NCBI GenBank assembly: GCA_951406725.2
Contig: OX597834.1
Location: 13,330,001-13,394,000 of the forward strand
Reading direction: 5' to 3'
Length of the DNA stretch: 64,000 nucleotides
From: Octopus vulgaris
Lineage: Eukaryota
The translations under genes and the position numbers were made by a program. The notes under the pieces are model-generated. The model did no database searches, was not told the DNA's origin, and saw nothing but the letters and a program-made list of their open reading frames with translations. Of this stretch, positions 1 to 13,689 are shown one piece after another (positions within the stretch are counted from its first letter, which is position 1; every line of letters begins with the position of its first letter).

Positions 1-240
1 TGGGAGACTTGCATGGTGTGGATGTAGGTTTCTTTAAAACTAAACTGGAGCTCTTCTTGTCGGGAGTCCCAGAGGAACCTACCTCACGACAGGAGACACA
101 GATGCCGGCAGGGGCATTGAACTCCCTTGCTGACAAAGTGCCGCGTATCAGAGGTGGATTCACATGTTAGTGTAGCTCATTCGGCGGTGGTGCCCCAGCA
201 TGGCCGCAGCCTTCGGGCTGAAACATTTTTAAGGATTTAA
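1..240 (+). mobile_element. 3' end of CR1-like LINE (ORF2 C-terminus plus tail)
   Basis: Reads DLHGVDVGFFKTKLELFLSGVPEEPTSRQETQM, homologous to 41845-42140; ends in tail GGTGCCCCAGCATGGCCGCAGC..CTGAAAC. Confidence 0.75.
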
Positions 241-567
241 GAATTTAACACCAGAAAAACCTGAGTAAATTTACACCTAGTGGAGATGTCGTCCTTAATA
301 AAAATCTGTCTGACATCAATTGTCTGACGCAACACTACGTCTGAAAAGGGTAAACTACTGCGTTTTTGTGCAAATTAAGTTTTCTTCAAGTTTTGGTTAA
401 TTAGTCTTAATACATGAGGAATATAGCGTTTAGATGCTAAATCATTCTGCTGTTTGCCCAGAAGAAAACTCTCGGAACCACTTCACGTATATATGCTTCT
501 CTCCTCTTTTTCCTCCATTTCCCACTTTTCACACATTTACTTATACACTCACACACACACTTAGACA

Positions 568-638
<71 letters not shown>

Positions 639-820
639 CACACACACACACACACAAATATATATATACATATATATATATGTATATAGATATATATCGT
701 GATAAGTAAAAACCATTAGTTATGAGATAACACCTATGGAAATAACATTTAATTGGTTAGGCAGAACACGCTGATACTAGCTTAGCACATAACTACACAA
801 GAATATTATATATATTATAT

Positions 821-1203
821 ACAGGAGTGACTGTGTGGTAAGTATCTTGCTAACCAACCACATTGTTCCGGGTTCAGTCCCACTGCGTGGCATCTTCGGC
901 AAAAGTCTTCTACTCTAGCCCCGGGCCGACCAATGCCTTGTGAGCCTGTCGTATATATGTATATATATATATATGTATGTGTGTGTGTATGTGTTTGTGT
1001 GTCTGAGTTTGTCCCCCTAGCATTGCTTGACAACCGATGCTGGTGTGTTTACGTCCCCGTCACTTAGCGGTTCGGCAAAAGAGACCTATAGAATAAGTAC
1101 TGGGCTTACAAAGAATAAGCCCCGGGGTCGATTTGCTCGACATAAAGGCGGCGCTCCAGCATGACCGCAGTCAAATGACTGAAACAAGTAAAAGAGTAAA
1201 GAG
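821..1203 (+). mobile_element. tRNA-derived SINE family A (internal TA/TG microsatellite, GTAAAAGA tail)
   Basis: A-box-like TGACTGTGTGG, B-box-like GGTTCAGTCC; matches copies at 12786, 25915, 49928 and 54758. Confidence 0.9.
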
Positions 1204-1262
<59 letters not shown>

Positions 1263-1952
1263 CTATGTATATATGTATGTGTATTTATTTATACACAAAA
1301 ACAAATAGATATATACCAACATACATACACAAATGCACACAATATTGATACATATATGTTAATATACATAGCGGTATATACGCATGTGCGTCTGTTGGGT
1401 GAACTACTATATACATGAATAACTTGGCGCATCGTAAGCAATTAAATTGACTTTCCACGGGGGTTTACTTAGAAGGCTAATGACTCTTTCTTAACTATCC
1501 GCTTGAATAAATTAACTATGAATACACATAAACATCACTACTTGCTTTTTCAGACAGAAAATTAAATTGAAATATATTGGCTAATAAAGCGAGGGAATAC
1601 GACAAACCCAATACTGAAATATGGTAATGTAAGACAGATACGATCTCCTGACCTGCGGTTTAAGTGTCCGATATTTTACCCCCAAAGCACCAGAGCACAC
1701 CTCTGTTGTCACAAATTCACATGGCCACATACGACACTCATACACACACACGCACACGCACGCGCACCCACACACACATACATACATGCATGTATATATA
1801 TATATATGTGCAGAGAGAGATATATATATATATATGCAGAGAGAGAGGGAGAGATAGATTGCTAAATAGATAGATAGATAAATAGATAGATATAGATGTA
1901 TGCGTGTGCTTGTGTTTTTAAGCGTGTATGTTTTTATCTGACACACACACAT

Positions 1953-2032
<80 letters not shown>

Positions 2033-2049
2033 AGAAAGAGAGAGGGAGA

Positions 2050-2400
<351 letters not shown>

Positions 2401-2988
2401 TACAAGCAATGACCACTCGTCTACAAAATACGTATACACATTCATATATACACACATACACAGCACGGAATCTCTTTACACAATGGTATTCGTAAACTGT
2501 CATCAAGTTTATAATAACAAGCTGATATATTGCTTAACCCTACTGACATTTGATCTTTTGATCTGAAAATCAAATCGCTTGTCTCCTATAATCGTATAAC
2601 AATACAATTTTGTTGAAATCCTAGATGATGCATTGAATCTCGTCAACAATAGAACATCGGTGAAATATCTGCTTCCGACACAGCAATATATATATTCATA
2701 TAGGGTTTAAATGATTTTCTCAAAACAGATTTCTGAACGCTGCGTATGTCACATTTATGAAGGAGTCTCGAATCATGATTGAATATACACCTCTATGTAT
2801 AGACGTGTATGTTCTTAATTACTTTGATGCTCTTCTCGAAGAGTTATTTCTGTGGCAATTTCAATTTTCTGAAGATTTCCGGCGTTAGGTGGAAGCTAAA
2901 ATTAATTTTCCTACGGTGCTTCTCCCCTTCTTTCGTTACCTCCCTCCCTCTCACACTCACTCTCTCTCACTCTCTTTCTATCTATCTA

Positions 2989-3030
<42 letters not shown>

Positions 3031-3067
3031 ATCTATATATCTCTATCTCTCTCTATATATATATATC

Positions 3068-3187
<120 letters not shown>

Positions 3188-3510
3188 TGTGTGTGTGTGG
3201 GTGGACTTGTGTTTGTGCAAGCGTGTGTGTGTACGTGGGCGTGTGTTCGTGTGTGTGTCTGTATTTAACTTCAGATGTATGTATGTCTGTAAGCAGATGT
3301 ATGTATACGTATATGGATATGTGTCAAATACAAGTATACTACTCACACGCACACACACACACACATATATATGTGAATATACATACATGCAAACACATAT
3401 ACATACATATACATATATATATACATATACACACGCACATATATATATATATATATAATTATATATATACATACACATTTATATATACACACACGCATAT
3501 ATGCATATAC

Positions 3511-3559
<49 letters not shown>

Positions 3560-3899
3560 TATATACCGACATGTATCTGTTGCGCAGGTGCTTCCTGTTT
3601 TCTCTCTCTCTCTCTCTCTCTCCCTATCTCTCTCACTCACTCTCTTTATCTCTTTCTCTCTCTCTAAATATACGTCATAAGTTTAAATATCAGAATAGTA
3701 AATATTTCTTACTCTATTCCAGTGTTAGAGATTTTATCCCAGTTGACTTCCAATTAAAGCCAGTTTTGCTTACCTTTGGTAAAATTGCGCTAGCATAATT
3801 TTTTGCATATATAGCTTTGTACCGTACTTCTGTATCTCAACATGCTGGCACAATAGTTTCTTTGAAATAGTTAGAATGTTCTCTTAACACTGACAGTAG

Positions 3900-4915
3900 T
3901 TTCGGTAAAATCCGAAGCATTAATTAGAGGGAGATTAATTATAATTTCAACAATTGAGGGTAAAATTAATTAATTATTAATCAATTTCACCAAGTGTTCA
4001 GTATGCAAAGGGACCATTTAAGGCGAATTCAAATTATTACATTATATAAAAGGGCTTAGTAAAATAAATTACTTCGCCGCATACTGAACTCATTAGAAAT
4101 AGCAGCTAAAAAACTTTTTTAAAGCTATTTCTAATACTTAAAGAAAATCTCTCTCATATATAGTGTTTGCTTAATTCAACTCACAAAAGTTTGGGGGTAA
4201 GGACATCAAAAAATCAAATGCTAAGGTTATTTGAGTACGTACGTTTCAAGATTAGTCAAAACAACATTTCTATCTTCAGCTCAGAAATTCCTTGGTTTGG
4301 ATTTGGAAACACTGAAAGTAAGAACATACCCTTTCGAAGATTCGCTCGTTACTAACAGTGCCAACAAACCCAAAATAAGCAAATGTAATAATTTGAATTC
4401 GCCTTAAATGGTCCCTTTGCATACTGAACACTTGGTGAAATTGATTAATAATTAATTAATTTTACCCTCAATTGTTGAAATTATAATTAATCTCCCTCTA
4501 ATTAATGCTTCGGATTTTACCGAAATAAGCATAGCGTTTGATGATTTTAACCCACGCTGGTGGAAAGGGGAGAACAGAAATTCTTCACTTGCTTATTTTG
4601 GGTTTGTTGGCACTGTTAGTAACGAGCGAATCTTCGAAAGGGTATGTTCTTACTTTCAGTGTTTCCAAATCCAAACCAAGGAATTTCTGAGCTGAAGATA
4701 GAAATGTTGTTTTGACTAATCTTGAAACGTACGTACTCAAATAACCTTAGCATTTGATTTTTTGATGTCCTTACCCCCAAACTTTTGTGAGTTGAATTAA
4801 GCAAACACTATATATGAGAGAGATTTTCTTTAAATATTAGAAATAGCTTTAAAAAAGTTTTTAGCTGCTATTTCTAATGAGTTCAGTATGCGGCGAAGTA
4901 ATTTATTTTACTAAG

Positions 4916-4916
<1 letters not shown>
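3900..4916. repeat. Interleaved inverted repeats A-B-A'-x-B'
   Basis: A 3900-4043 is the reverse complement of 4382-4525; B 4054-4382 of 4589-4916; identical 62-aa ORF on both strands in the ORF track. Confidence 0.9.
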
Positions 4917-5008
<92 letters not shown>

Positions 5009-5009
<1 letters not shown>

Positions 5010-5425
5010 ACTTATAAATAAGGGCAAGCGAAAATATTTCTAATGCCAAATATGCCGAAAATTGGACATATTATTCATTAACCATATAACTTTTTCACAT
5101 TACGCACGCTACTCGAAAAAAAGCCGACAGAAATTTCTAAAAATTCCATTATTACCATATCGGACCGATTTCAGGGTTAGTTCGTAAGAACCCTCCCTTC
5201 GTCAGCAATAAATGTGGCAAAGAAATAAATGGACGGAGGAAAGGCTGTTATAAGCTAACCCTGAAATCGGTCCGATATGGTAATAATGGAATTTTTTGAA
5301 ATATCTGTCGGCTTTTTTTCGAGTAGCGTGCGTATTGTGAAAAAGTTATATGGTAATTGACAATTTGTCCAATTTTCGGCATATTTGGCATTAGACAATT
5401 TTTCGTTTGCCCTTATTTATAAGTT
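5009..5425. mobile_element. (TA)n-flanked fold-back element, probable Penelope-like terminus
   Basis: Arms 5009-5180 and 5255-5425 with several mismatches; hammerhead motif spans left arm and loop. Confidence 0.7.
5150..5211 (-). ncRNA. Minimal type I hammerhead ribozyme motif
   Basis: CTGACGA AGGG..(GTTC ttac GAAC)..CCCT GAAA TCGG t CCGA TA; stem I weak (G-U rich). Confidence 0.7.
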
Positions 5426-5787
5426 GTTTATAATTTTTACCTATAAAGGTAATTTTTAATATGCTGGCCATTGATAATTTTTTTTTTCCGAAAAATATTT
5501 TATCCTACATTAAATATATTTATATATATATATATTCTCTGATGCTCCTCAGAATTAAACCTTTTCCATCAATGTTTTTTTTTTTCCCATTTGCCAAATC
5601 TGCTCGTTTTTGTTTGGATCAAATTCTATTTCTGTTCGTTTTGGTTTATATAGTGGAGCAAATATCTGTTGGTGTGTGCCTTATGTATTGCTGAATTAGA
5701 GATGATAGTTGGCTATCATTAACGGTTAAGGGTAATAAAACATCTGAATATTCAAAATGTGTTGAGGGCGCATGACCTAGTCTTTAC

Positions 5788-6044
5788 CGTTTTGGACCAT
5801 GATCAGGAGAACGAGATTAGAATTCATGGACCGTTTTTTCCGTTTTGCGTTTTGTGCTTCTGTTGAAATATATGTTTGACCGACGACAACGATATATTTT
5901 TGTATCCCATGTTTTGCAAATATCCGCGGTTCTCCTCCTTTGTTACATCGAGATTCGAGAAAAATATAGTTACAGTTTTGGCACGTAAATTTGCTTGCCA
6001 CGTCGTTTCCCCATCCGGCATTACCTACAAAACTTATTCCGTGA
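5788..6044 (-). CDS. Candidate internal exon of an unknown host gene
   Basis: Acceptor ctttctttcattgcag, donor ACG|gtaaag, open frame HGISFVGNAGWGNDVASKFTCQNCNYIFLESRC..MVQN; phase-compatible with exon 8165-8376. Confidence 0.55.
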
Positions 6045-6411
6045 CTGCAATGAAAGAAAGTGACCGCTTAACATTGGCTTTGCTAAAAAGGACACATTTG
6101 TTTGCATATACAAGCAACATATTTCGTAGCTTTATTATATTATATAATAGTGAAGCTGATATTATAAAATGGTGAAGCTGGTATTTTCTTGTTTTAAGAC
6201 CAACGTATAATCCAATTTGAAAAATCAATAACAAAACAACGTGTCTGTCACATATTTTTTTATTCCATACAGAGTGTATACAGAACTGCTATTTCGAAAT
6301 GTCCTTCAACGTCCTTCCACATTTCCTTCATAAGCATTATTTAAATTTGAGACTAATATATTTCTATCGTTGAAACCTTGGCTCGCTTCTTGATTAGTAA
6401 ATTGTGCGTGA

Positions 6412-6504
6412 CCTGTAGCGTAAACTGAACGTTGTGTAGCCTAAACTGTAAAGGTGTAGCGTAAACTGAATATTGTGAGATGTGCAGCGTAAACTGAAAG
6501 TTGA
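6412..6504. repeat. Short tandem repeat, about 20-nt unit x4
   Basis: TGTAGCGTAAACTGAA core recurring with variation. Confidence 0.75.
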
Positions 6505-6594
6505 AATTAACATATTGTTCCAACATATATTTAAATACGACACACATTGGCATTGTCCACCTTAAAGTCTTGTCTATACTACACAATGTATATT

Positions 6595-6942
6595 AGGTTT
6601 CGTTTATTAACGAATAAATCACTTACGTAATCTTTCGTCCGTAGGAATCATCAGTACGATCGTTCCAAAAGCAATATAATTTTGTAAAACTAACCACCAG
6701 TTTTCCGTATAAAAACAGACACGTGCTTTTTGCTGCAGTTTTTGTTTCCGGAATTTAGCGCGCCAGAACTCAGACATTTGAAATTAACCCCAATGTAATC
6801 GGTGGAACAAAGCACGTGTCTGTTTTTATACGGAAAACTGCTGGTTAGTTTCACAAATTATATTGCTTTTGGAACGATCGTACTGATGAGTCCTACGGAC
6901 GAAAGATTACCCAAGTGATTTATTCGTTAATAAACGAAACCT
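6595..6942. mobile_element. Fold-back element with hammerhead-like core in both arms
   Basis: Arms 6595-6729 and 6809-6942; CTGATGA GTCC tac GGAC GAAA at 6883-6904, with an antisense copy near 6633-6655. Confidence 0.7.
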
Positions 6943-8164
6943 GTTTGCGATTAATTCTTCTTTTTTATATAATTTTCATCTGTCTTGCCAGCCTATAATT
7001 CTGATGTCCGCAGAATTTTTCTCTAGAGAAGAGTCTTTCTTTGTAGTTTGATCGTAGCTGATCTATTTCTAGCATATGACTGTCCACATAGTGGTTTTTA
7101 GCCCTTAAAATATACACAATGTATATTACGAATAGATATCTATACAGAATAATATAACATGCATTGAATAAACATATGTTCTGGTAGAATTTGACGCGTC
7201 TGTTAACCCAACAGATTTGGGTCTTTTCCAATGAGTGTTAGACTTGTTTGGTTATGAAAATACAATTATTGTTCATAAATTATTTAAATATGGTTCATTA
7301 CAGCTCTCTGTATTTGTTTATAGGCGTTTTTAATGCCAAAGACACTTGTGTATTTTTATTTGCTATTTACTTCAAATTCAATTCTCGCCTGAAAATCTAT
7401 TTTACTTAAGAATTATTTCTAATATTAATATGCCAATCAAATGTTACCCTCGAATATATTTCGGTTTATTTATTATAGACAAAAGAATAACATTTATCTT
7501 TATTTGTCATTGTGGCTTCTTATATTTTATTCCTCTCTCAATTATTGATTTTCGTTTTATTTAATTTCTTTTCTTATATATCACCTTGCTGTTTAACCCC
7601 ATGTCAGGTATGGTCTTGTTAATAACACAACCTAAGCTATTTCCTTAATTATAATGTCTTCCACTTTCGGCAATACAAATATTACCCCATGTTTAATAAG
7701 TCATTTGGTGATGATATCACGGAGAGATTACTGCTATGTCTAGCAGGGAAAACAGCCGTGTAAACGCCTCCCTCGTTACTTTAGTCTTCATTTTGTTGTA
7801 TCACAACGTGATTTGGCATTCAATAGTTCTATTAATTTATCTCAAACTGACACAACAGGGACTCAACATAATTGAATATTAAGGTAATGGCGTATTTCCA
7901 AAATTTGCTTTAGAAAACATTAGACATATGATATATATTTAATGTCGTTGATGTGTGCGAATATGCGTGTGTATGTGTGTCTGTGTGAAATGCTAAGATT
8001 TCTGGTACTTACGCCGAGCACAGTACTGGTTCGGGAAACACAAGAGTAAGTTTTTCACAACCCTGATGGCAATATTCTGTTTTTTGTAATAAAGTATACA
8101 GCATTGCATAATTGCATATGGCATTTGAAGGAAAAAATAAACCGAATATATGTACTATCAATAC

Positions 8165-8376
8165 CATATCGTGTGAGAACTCATCTGCTTTTGTAGAACT
8201 TTGAATATAGCTGTTTTAAAATAATTATCTTCTTTATTTGCCGGTGGTGTAAAGGATAAATATGAGAGATAAAAAGAGTTATGGATATTGATAATTCTTT
8301 TCACGAAAACATAATAGGAGTGTTTCAAGAAAATATATATTGCAATAAGAAGACCAATAATCACAATATACCACTG
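8165..8376 (-). CDS. Candidate exon encoding a transmembrane anchor and stem
   Basis: Acceptor ttttatatatatttccgttcag, frame QWYIVIIGLLIAIYIFLKHSYY..SSHTI, weak donor TG|gtattg (phase 2). Confidence 0.5.
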
Positions 8377-8639
8377 CTGAACGGAAATATATATAAAAGA
8401 TGTGATGTACCAAACATCATATACAATATCTCAGTGTATCCCATCAGCTGCAACGAGCACAAAAGTAATGCATTTAGGGGCCGTTAAAAGTTGGACGTGT
8501 GAAAAAATTATAAGGGACGTTCAAATGCAACACGTCAGTCAAGCAATGTATCACATGCTAAAAGTTGAACTCACGGAATCCGAACCTAGAATTTCATTGT
8601 TGAAAAACAATTATTGACTTCAAAATTTGGCAGAAAGAA

Positions 8640-8830
8640 AAGGAATTCCGAGACAGTAGGCTGGTGGATTATATCGACCCCCAAAACTTCACAGGAACTT
8701 ATTTGATTGATCTCGGAATGAGTAAAGGTAAGTTCAACCAAGGCAGAATTTGAACTCAGAACGTAAAAACTGATGAAATACTATCAAGAATTCAGCCTTG
8801 TGTGCTAACGATTCTCCGAGTTTGCCACTT
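8640..8830 (-). mobile_element. Degenerate SINE family B
   Basis: GAATTTGAACTCAGAACGTAA and CTAACGATTCT motifs shared with 40600-40818. Confidence 0.7.
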
Positions 8831-9811
8831 TTGAAAGAAGTAATAATTACTAAATAGAAGACATATGTTAGTGAAAATTGTCGAGCGTTAGATCCAACTA
8901 TCTCACTTCTTTCTCGCCGCCCGTAACACTTCCAATCATACAATGAGTCAGATAAGGAGGGACATTCTCTAGAAAGCAACACAGCGCTTCCTAAGAAATT
9001 GTAATAAGAGACATTGTCTGGATACATAGTGTTACCATTAAGAACAGGCTACTAATACTGAAAATGCAGTCTGTAGTATATATCGTGCTTATCGCAACAT
9101 GAAGTGCTTGGCACAGGTGTTTCACATAGTATCAAAACAAAATGAACGCGGTCCTGAAACGTAACTCAAGGCGGAATATATGAATAGAGCAATGAACTAG
9201 AGAAGGCGGTGTAATTATGCATGGTTTAGAGAGAAAATGTAGACCAAGACATGAAGTGCGAAAGCTTTGTGTGCAAACTTCACATTTAAAATCCATTATC
9301 CAAAACTGGATAAAACTTTGACTGAATCATATCTTTAATTGAATTTTTCTACCTGAGTTTTTATACGAGGTCTACTATCAAGAAAGGACAGTGGTGGTTG
9401 GCTACGGTATAGAATGCCATTGAAATATCTATGCATAGAATATCATCTCCGAAATTAGATAATGTAAGAACGGAGAGGAATTAGAGAAGTGATCTCGGAA
9501 TACCGAATACGGAAATTTTATAGGTTCAAGTATGTCGCAAGTGGACCCAATCAGTTGCCGAGAGATAATTTGGAGTACAGGTGTGACTGCTCAGAATTCC
9601 ATTAAGAAGAGAAAGTTGTGATAGAGTCAAATATATATCACAAACAACTCTTCAAGAATGGTGAAATCAAAAGAACAATGAAAGAGTGATGAATGAATAT
9701 TGAGTGGAGATCATTTCGAAGAAAAGTGAAGGAAAGAAACCATGAAAATTATAAATGAAAGCCGATAAAGCATTCGTGTGTTTTGAAACTAATATCTCCT
9801 ATAAACCCGCA

Positions 9812-9900
9812 ATATCTCCTATAAACCATGAATCACAGGAGCATATATATATATATATATATATATATGCTCCTGTGATTCATGGTTTATAGGAGATATA
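9812..9900. repeat. Perfect hairpin with (AT)n centre
   Basis: ATATCTCCTATAAACCATGAATCACAGGAGC-(AT)n-GCTCCTGTGATTCATGGTTTATAGGAGATAT. Confidence 0.9.
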
Positions 9901-9940
9901 TATATATATATACATTTATATATATATATTCTAGCAAAAA

Positions 9941-9978
9941 CTGTCTGATGAACGGCAACGAGAAACTCAGAGTAACAG
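9941..9978 (+). ncRNA. Minimal hammerhead motif inside (TA)n-flanked element 9930-10080
   Basis: ctgt CTGATGA acggcaacga GAAA CTC a GAG TA acag; stem I ctgt/acag; stem II degenerate. Confidence 0.65.
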
Positions 9979-10077
9979 ATTTTGTTGATTTTTCTGCTGC
10001 TTAAAATAAAGCATATTACTCTACCACTGGTATTTGAGTACTCTTTTTTCCACCTTGTTTCACATTTATGTGTTTAT

Positions 10078-10134
<57 letters not shown>

Positions 10135-10189
10135 TATATACATATATATACACATATATATATATACATTTATATACATATATATACAT

Positions 10190-10232
<43 letters not shown>

Positions 10233-10245
10233 TAGATAGAGATAG

Positions 10246-10414
<169 letters not shown>

Positions 10415-10432
10415 GTAGATAGATAGATTTAT

Positions 10433-10497
<65 letters not shown>

Positions 10498-11669
10498 GAT
10501 ATATAAGATTTTGCAAGATATGCGACTTTGTATCTTATCTGAGTGATCATAATATGAAATTTAGTAGTCGAAACTTATTTAGAACTGCTATGCCGTTGCT
10601 ATGAGGTTGATAAGTACGCTATAAGAAATATCAATTGTAGCGAAGTTTCAAGACTGACGAGGAGATCTAAAAGACGATTTGGAAACTGTTGTAGCTTCAG
10701 CAGTAAAGAATAAAAAGAAAAAAAAAACACACACAAAATATGGAAACACCTATTGAAGTTGTTTAGATGAATTAAAGTGCGGATTTTTAGAATGTAAGGG
10801 TGAGGCATATATGCTGAAACTACAGCCAGTTCTTGGTACACGACTTTTTTGAAAGTTGTTTAAAGAAGACATAAAAAATGAGACTACTTTTTTCATATCA
10901 TAGACCTAATTGAACGTGGAAGAACATTCTTTCAATGGGTTGAAATGTTGTAGTATCAGGAGTGTACACAGGAAATATATATCAATACATGGTTACACAC
11001 ACACACACACTCACATATACACACACACAAACACTCACATATACACACAGAGTCAAACTTATACAATATGTATGATCACTGTGCATTTATATGCAATGTA
11101 TAACTATGAATATTTATATACATACAAATTTATATATACACATGTGCATATATATGTATGTATGATGTACACATTCATACATACATACATATATATATGC
11201 ATATCTTTTCATAATACATGTGTCAACACATATCTATATAAATGTCCATTTCGTTTGATAAGTATGTATACATATTATTATCATGTATATATATGTGTGT
11301 GTATTTGTGTGTGTGTGTGTGTAAGTATGCATGGAGGTAGATATGTATGCATATATTTACGTATGTATGCATGTGTGAATATATGAATGTATAATACTTC
11401 AAAAGCCATATGATCTTTATAAACAACATAATTATATACGAGATAGGAATATACATATGTCTAAAACATCACACCAATTATCCACATCAAAATTGTAATG
11501 TTTGGTGAGAGACTTCTGATATCAATATTTTTACAACTTTTGGCGAAAATAAAAATCAATTGATGCTGTAATTCACACACAATGAAAAGTTATCAAGACA
11601 AACATCAATAGAAACAGTCACAGGAAAAAAGATGAAAAGTACATCAGACACACACAGATACACACACGC

Positions 11670-11739
<70 letters not shown>

Positions 11740-11775
11740 TGCACACATACTTGTTTATGCACATGAATATATATA

Positions 11776-11827
<52 letters not shown>

Positions 11828-12296
11828 GTATGAATGCATATTTATGTTTCATGTATGTAAGGTATAAAGATATCAGTATAGTAACTGAAATAACTAAAGG
11901 TGTCTGCAAAGAATGACGTCACAGGAGGTATATATATTGGATTATGAGTAGTAGCAATAAAGCCAGAGATTGAAGTTCAAAAATTAAAATAATATAACTT
12001 TTATGTGAGTTATATCGCTGTCGGTAATAATCCGTTCTACTAAATGCACAAGACCTGAACAGTTCGGCGAGGTAATTAGTCGAACTCATTAGTAGCAATT
12101 TATCGATCCCGAAAGGATGATCTGGGAGGAATTTGAACTCAGTACGTAAAAACGGACGCAATGCTGCCAAGAATATATTGCCCGCTTACTAAGGATTATG
12201 CCATCTCTCTTCTCTCATTTGATGGAATAATAGTACGTAAAAGATTACTTACAGATTAACTGATTATTAATCTTGAGACTTCTAAAATTTATTTAA

Positions 12297-12518
12297 CCTT
12301 TTCGTTACTGTATTTATTTTGAGATGCTCTGTGTTTCTTTCAATTACTTTAAATATAAACAAAGAATTTAGTAAAATAAATTAGTTATCATTCAACTAGT
12401 GTCAGGAACACAAATTGTGACTGAGGTTTGGTGGAAGATTTTAATTAAAACCTTAAGAAAATAACACATTTGTACAACAGAGCCAGAGCCGGTTTCAGTC
12501 AGGTTGGTAACGAAAGGG
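12297..12518. mobile_element. piggyBac-type MITE
   Basis: TTAA on both sides; termini CCTTTTCGTTAC / GTAACGAAAGGG. Confidence 0.8.
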
Positions 12519-12785
12519 TTAAGGAATCATAATCGTAATGATATACTAGCATTGGCCAAATATATACAGTATCGACTTTTGATATATACAGGATCAATAT
12601 TTTGTATATATATTGCCTCTTCGGTTACGTTTGCAGTCCACTTAAATTTTTTAAAAGATAATTATAACTTAGGGGAATTTGGAAACATGTACATATTCAA
12701 AAGATGGATGTGAGTAATTATGTACATGTAGATTGGAATTAGGTACATAGATTATAAATAACTTACGTGCATATATAGATATATA

Positions 12786-12948
12786 GGCGCAGGAGTGGCT
12801 GTGTGGTAAGTAGCTTGCTAACGAACCACATGGCTCCGGGTTCAGTCTCACTGCGTGGCATCTTGGGCAAGTGTCCTCTGCTATAGCCCCGGGCCGACCA
12901 ATGCCTTGTGAGTGGATTTGGTAGACGGAAACTGAAAGAAGCCTGTCG

Positions 12949-12991
<43 letters not shown>

Positions 12992-13196
12992 TTGTGTGTC
13001 TGTGTCTGTTCCCCTAGCATTGCTTGACAACTGATGCTGGTGTGTTTACGTCCCTGTCACTTAGCGGTTCGGCAAAAAGAACCAATAGAATAAGTACTGC
13101 TTACAAAAAGAATAGTCCCGGGGTCGATTTGCTCGACTAAAGGCGGTGCTCCAGTACTGGACTGAAACAAGTAAAAGAGTAAAAGAGTAAAAGAGT
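12786..13196 (+). mobile_element. SINE family A, near full length
   Basis: GGCGCAGGAGTGGCTGTGTGG head, internal microsatellite, (GTAAAAGA)n tail. Confidence 0.9.
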
Positions 13197-13341
13197 ATAT
13201 AATATATAATAATAATTCCAATTGAGGGTAAATTTTAATTATTATCGACTAAAGGTTCGTATGTGGACCATTTAAGCAAATTATTACATTAGTCAAATGA
13301 CTGAAACAAGTAAATTTTACTAAGAGTAAAAGAGTAAAAGA

Positions 13342-13373
<32 letters not shown>

Positions 13374-13689
13374 TTATATCAGTGTATATATTCATATACG
13401 TATGTACACATGGATATATACAGAAAGATATAGATAGATATATAGAGAGACAGAAAGAGGGAGAGAAATGCGATTTCAGTAAATATATTTTTTCTATCAA
13501 CATTATAATATATATTGCTGAGATTTAGACAGGATTAAATATCTGACAAATTTCGGAATTATATATATATATATGAAACTAACCTATGTGTATATAAATG
13601 AATAGACATTCAGCCGTCTATCTAAGCAGAGGAATTGATGTATTTTATATATCTGTAGACCTGTCTCTCTAACCTCTCATGTCAGCAAT

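Noticed and set aside
4167-4804. Identical 62-aa ORF on both strands as a gene pair
   Set aside because: A by-product of the inverted duplication; non-ATG start and no recognisable domain.
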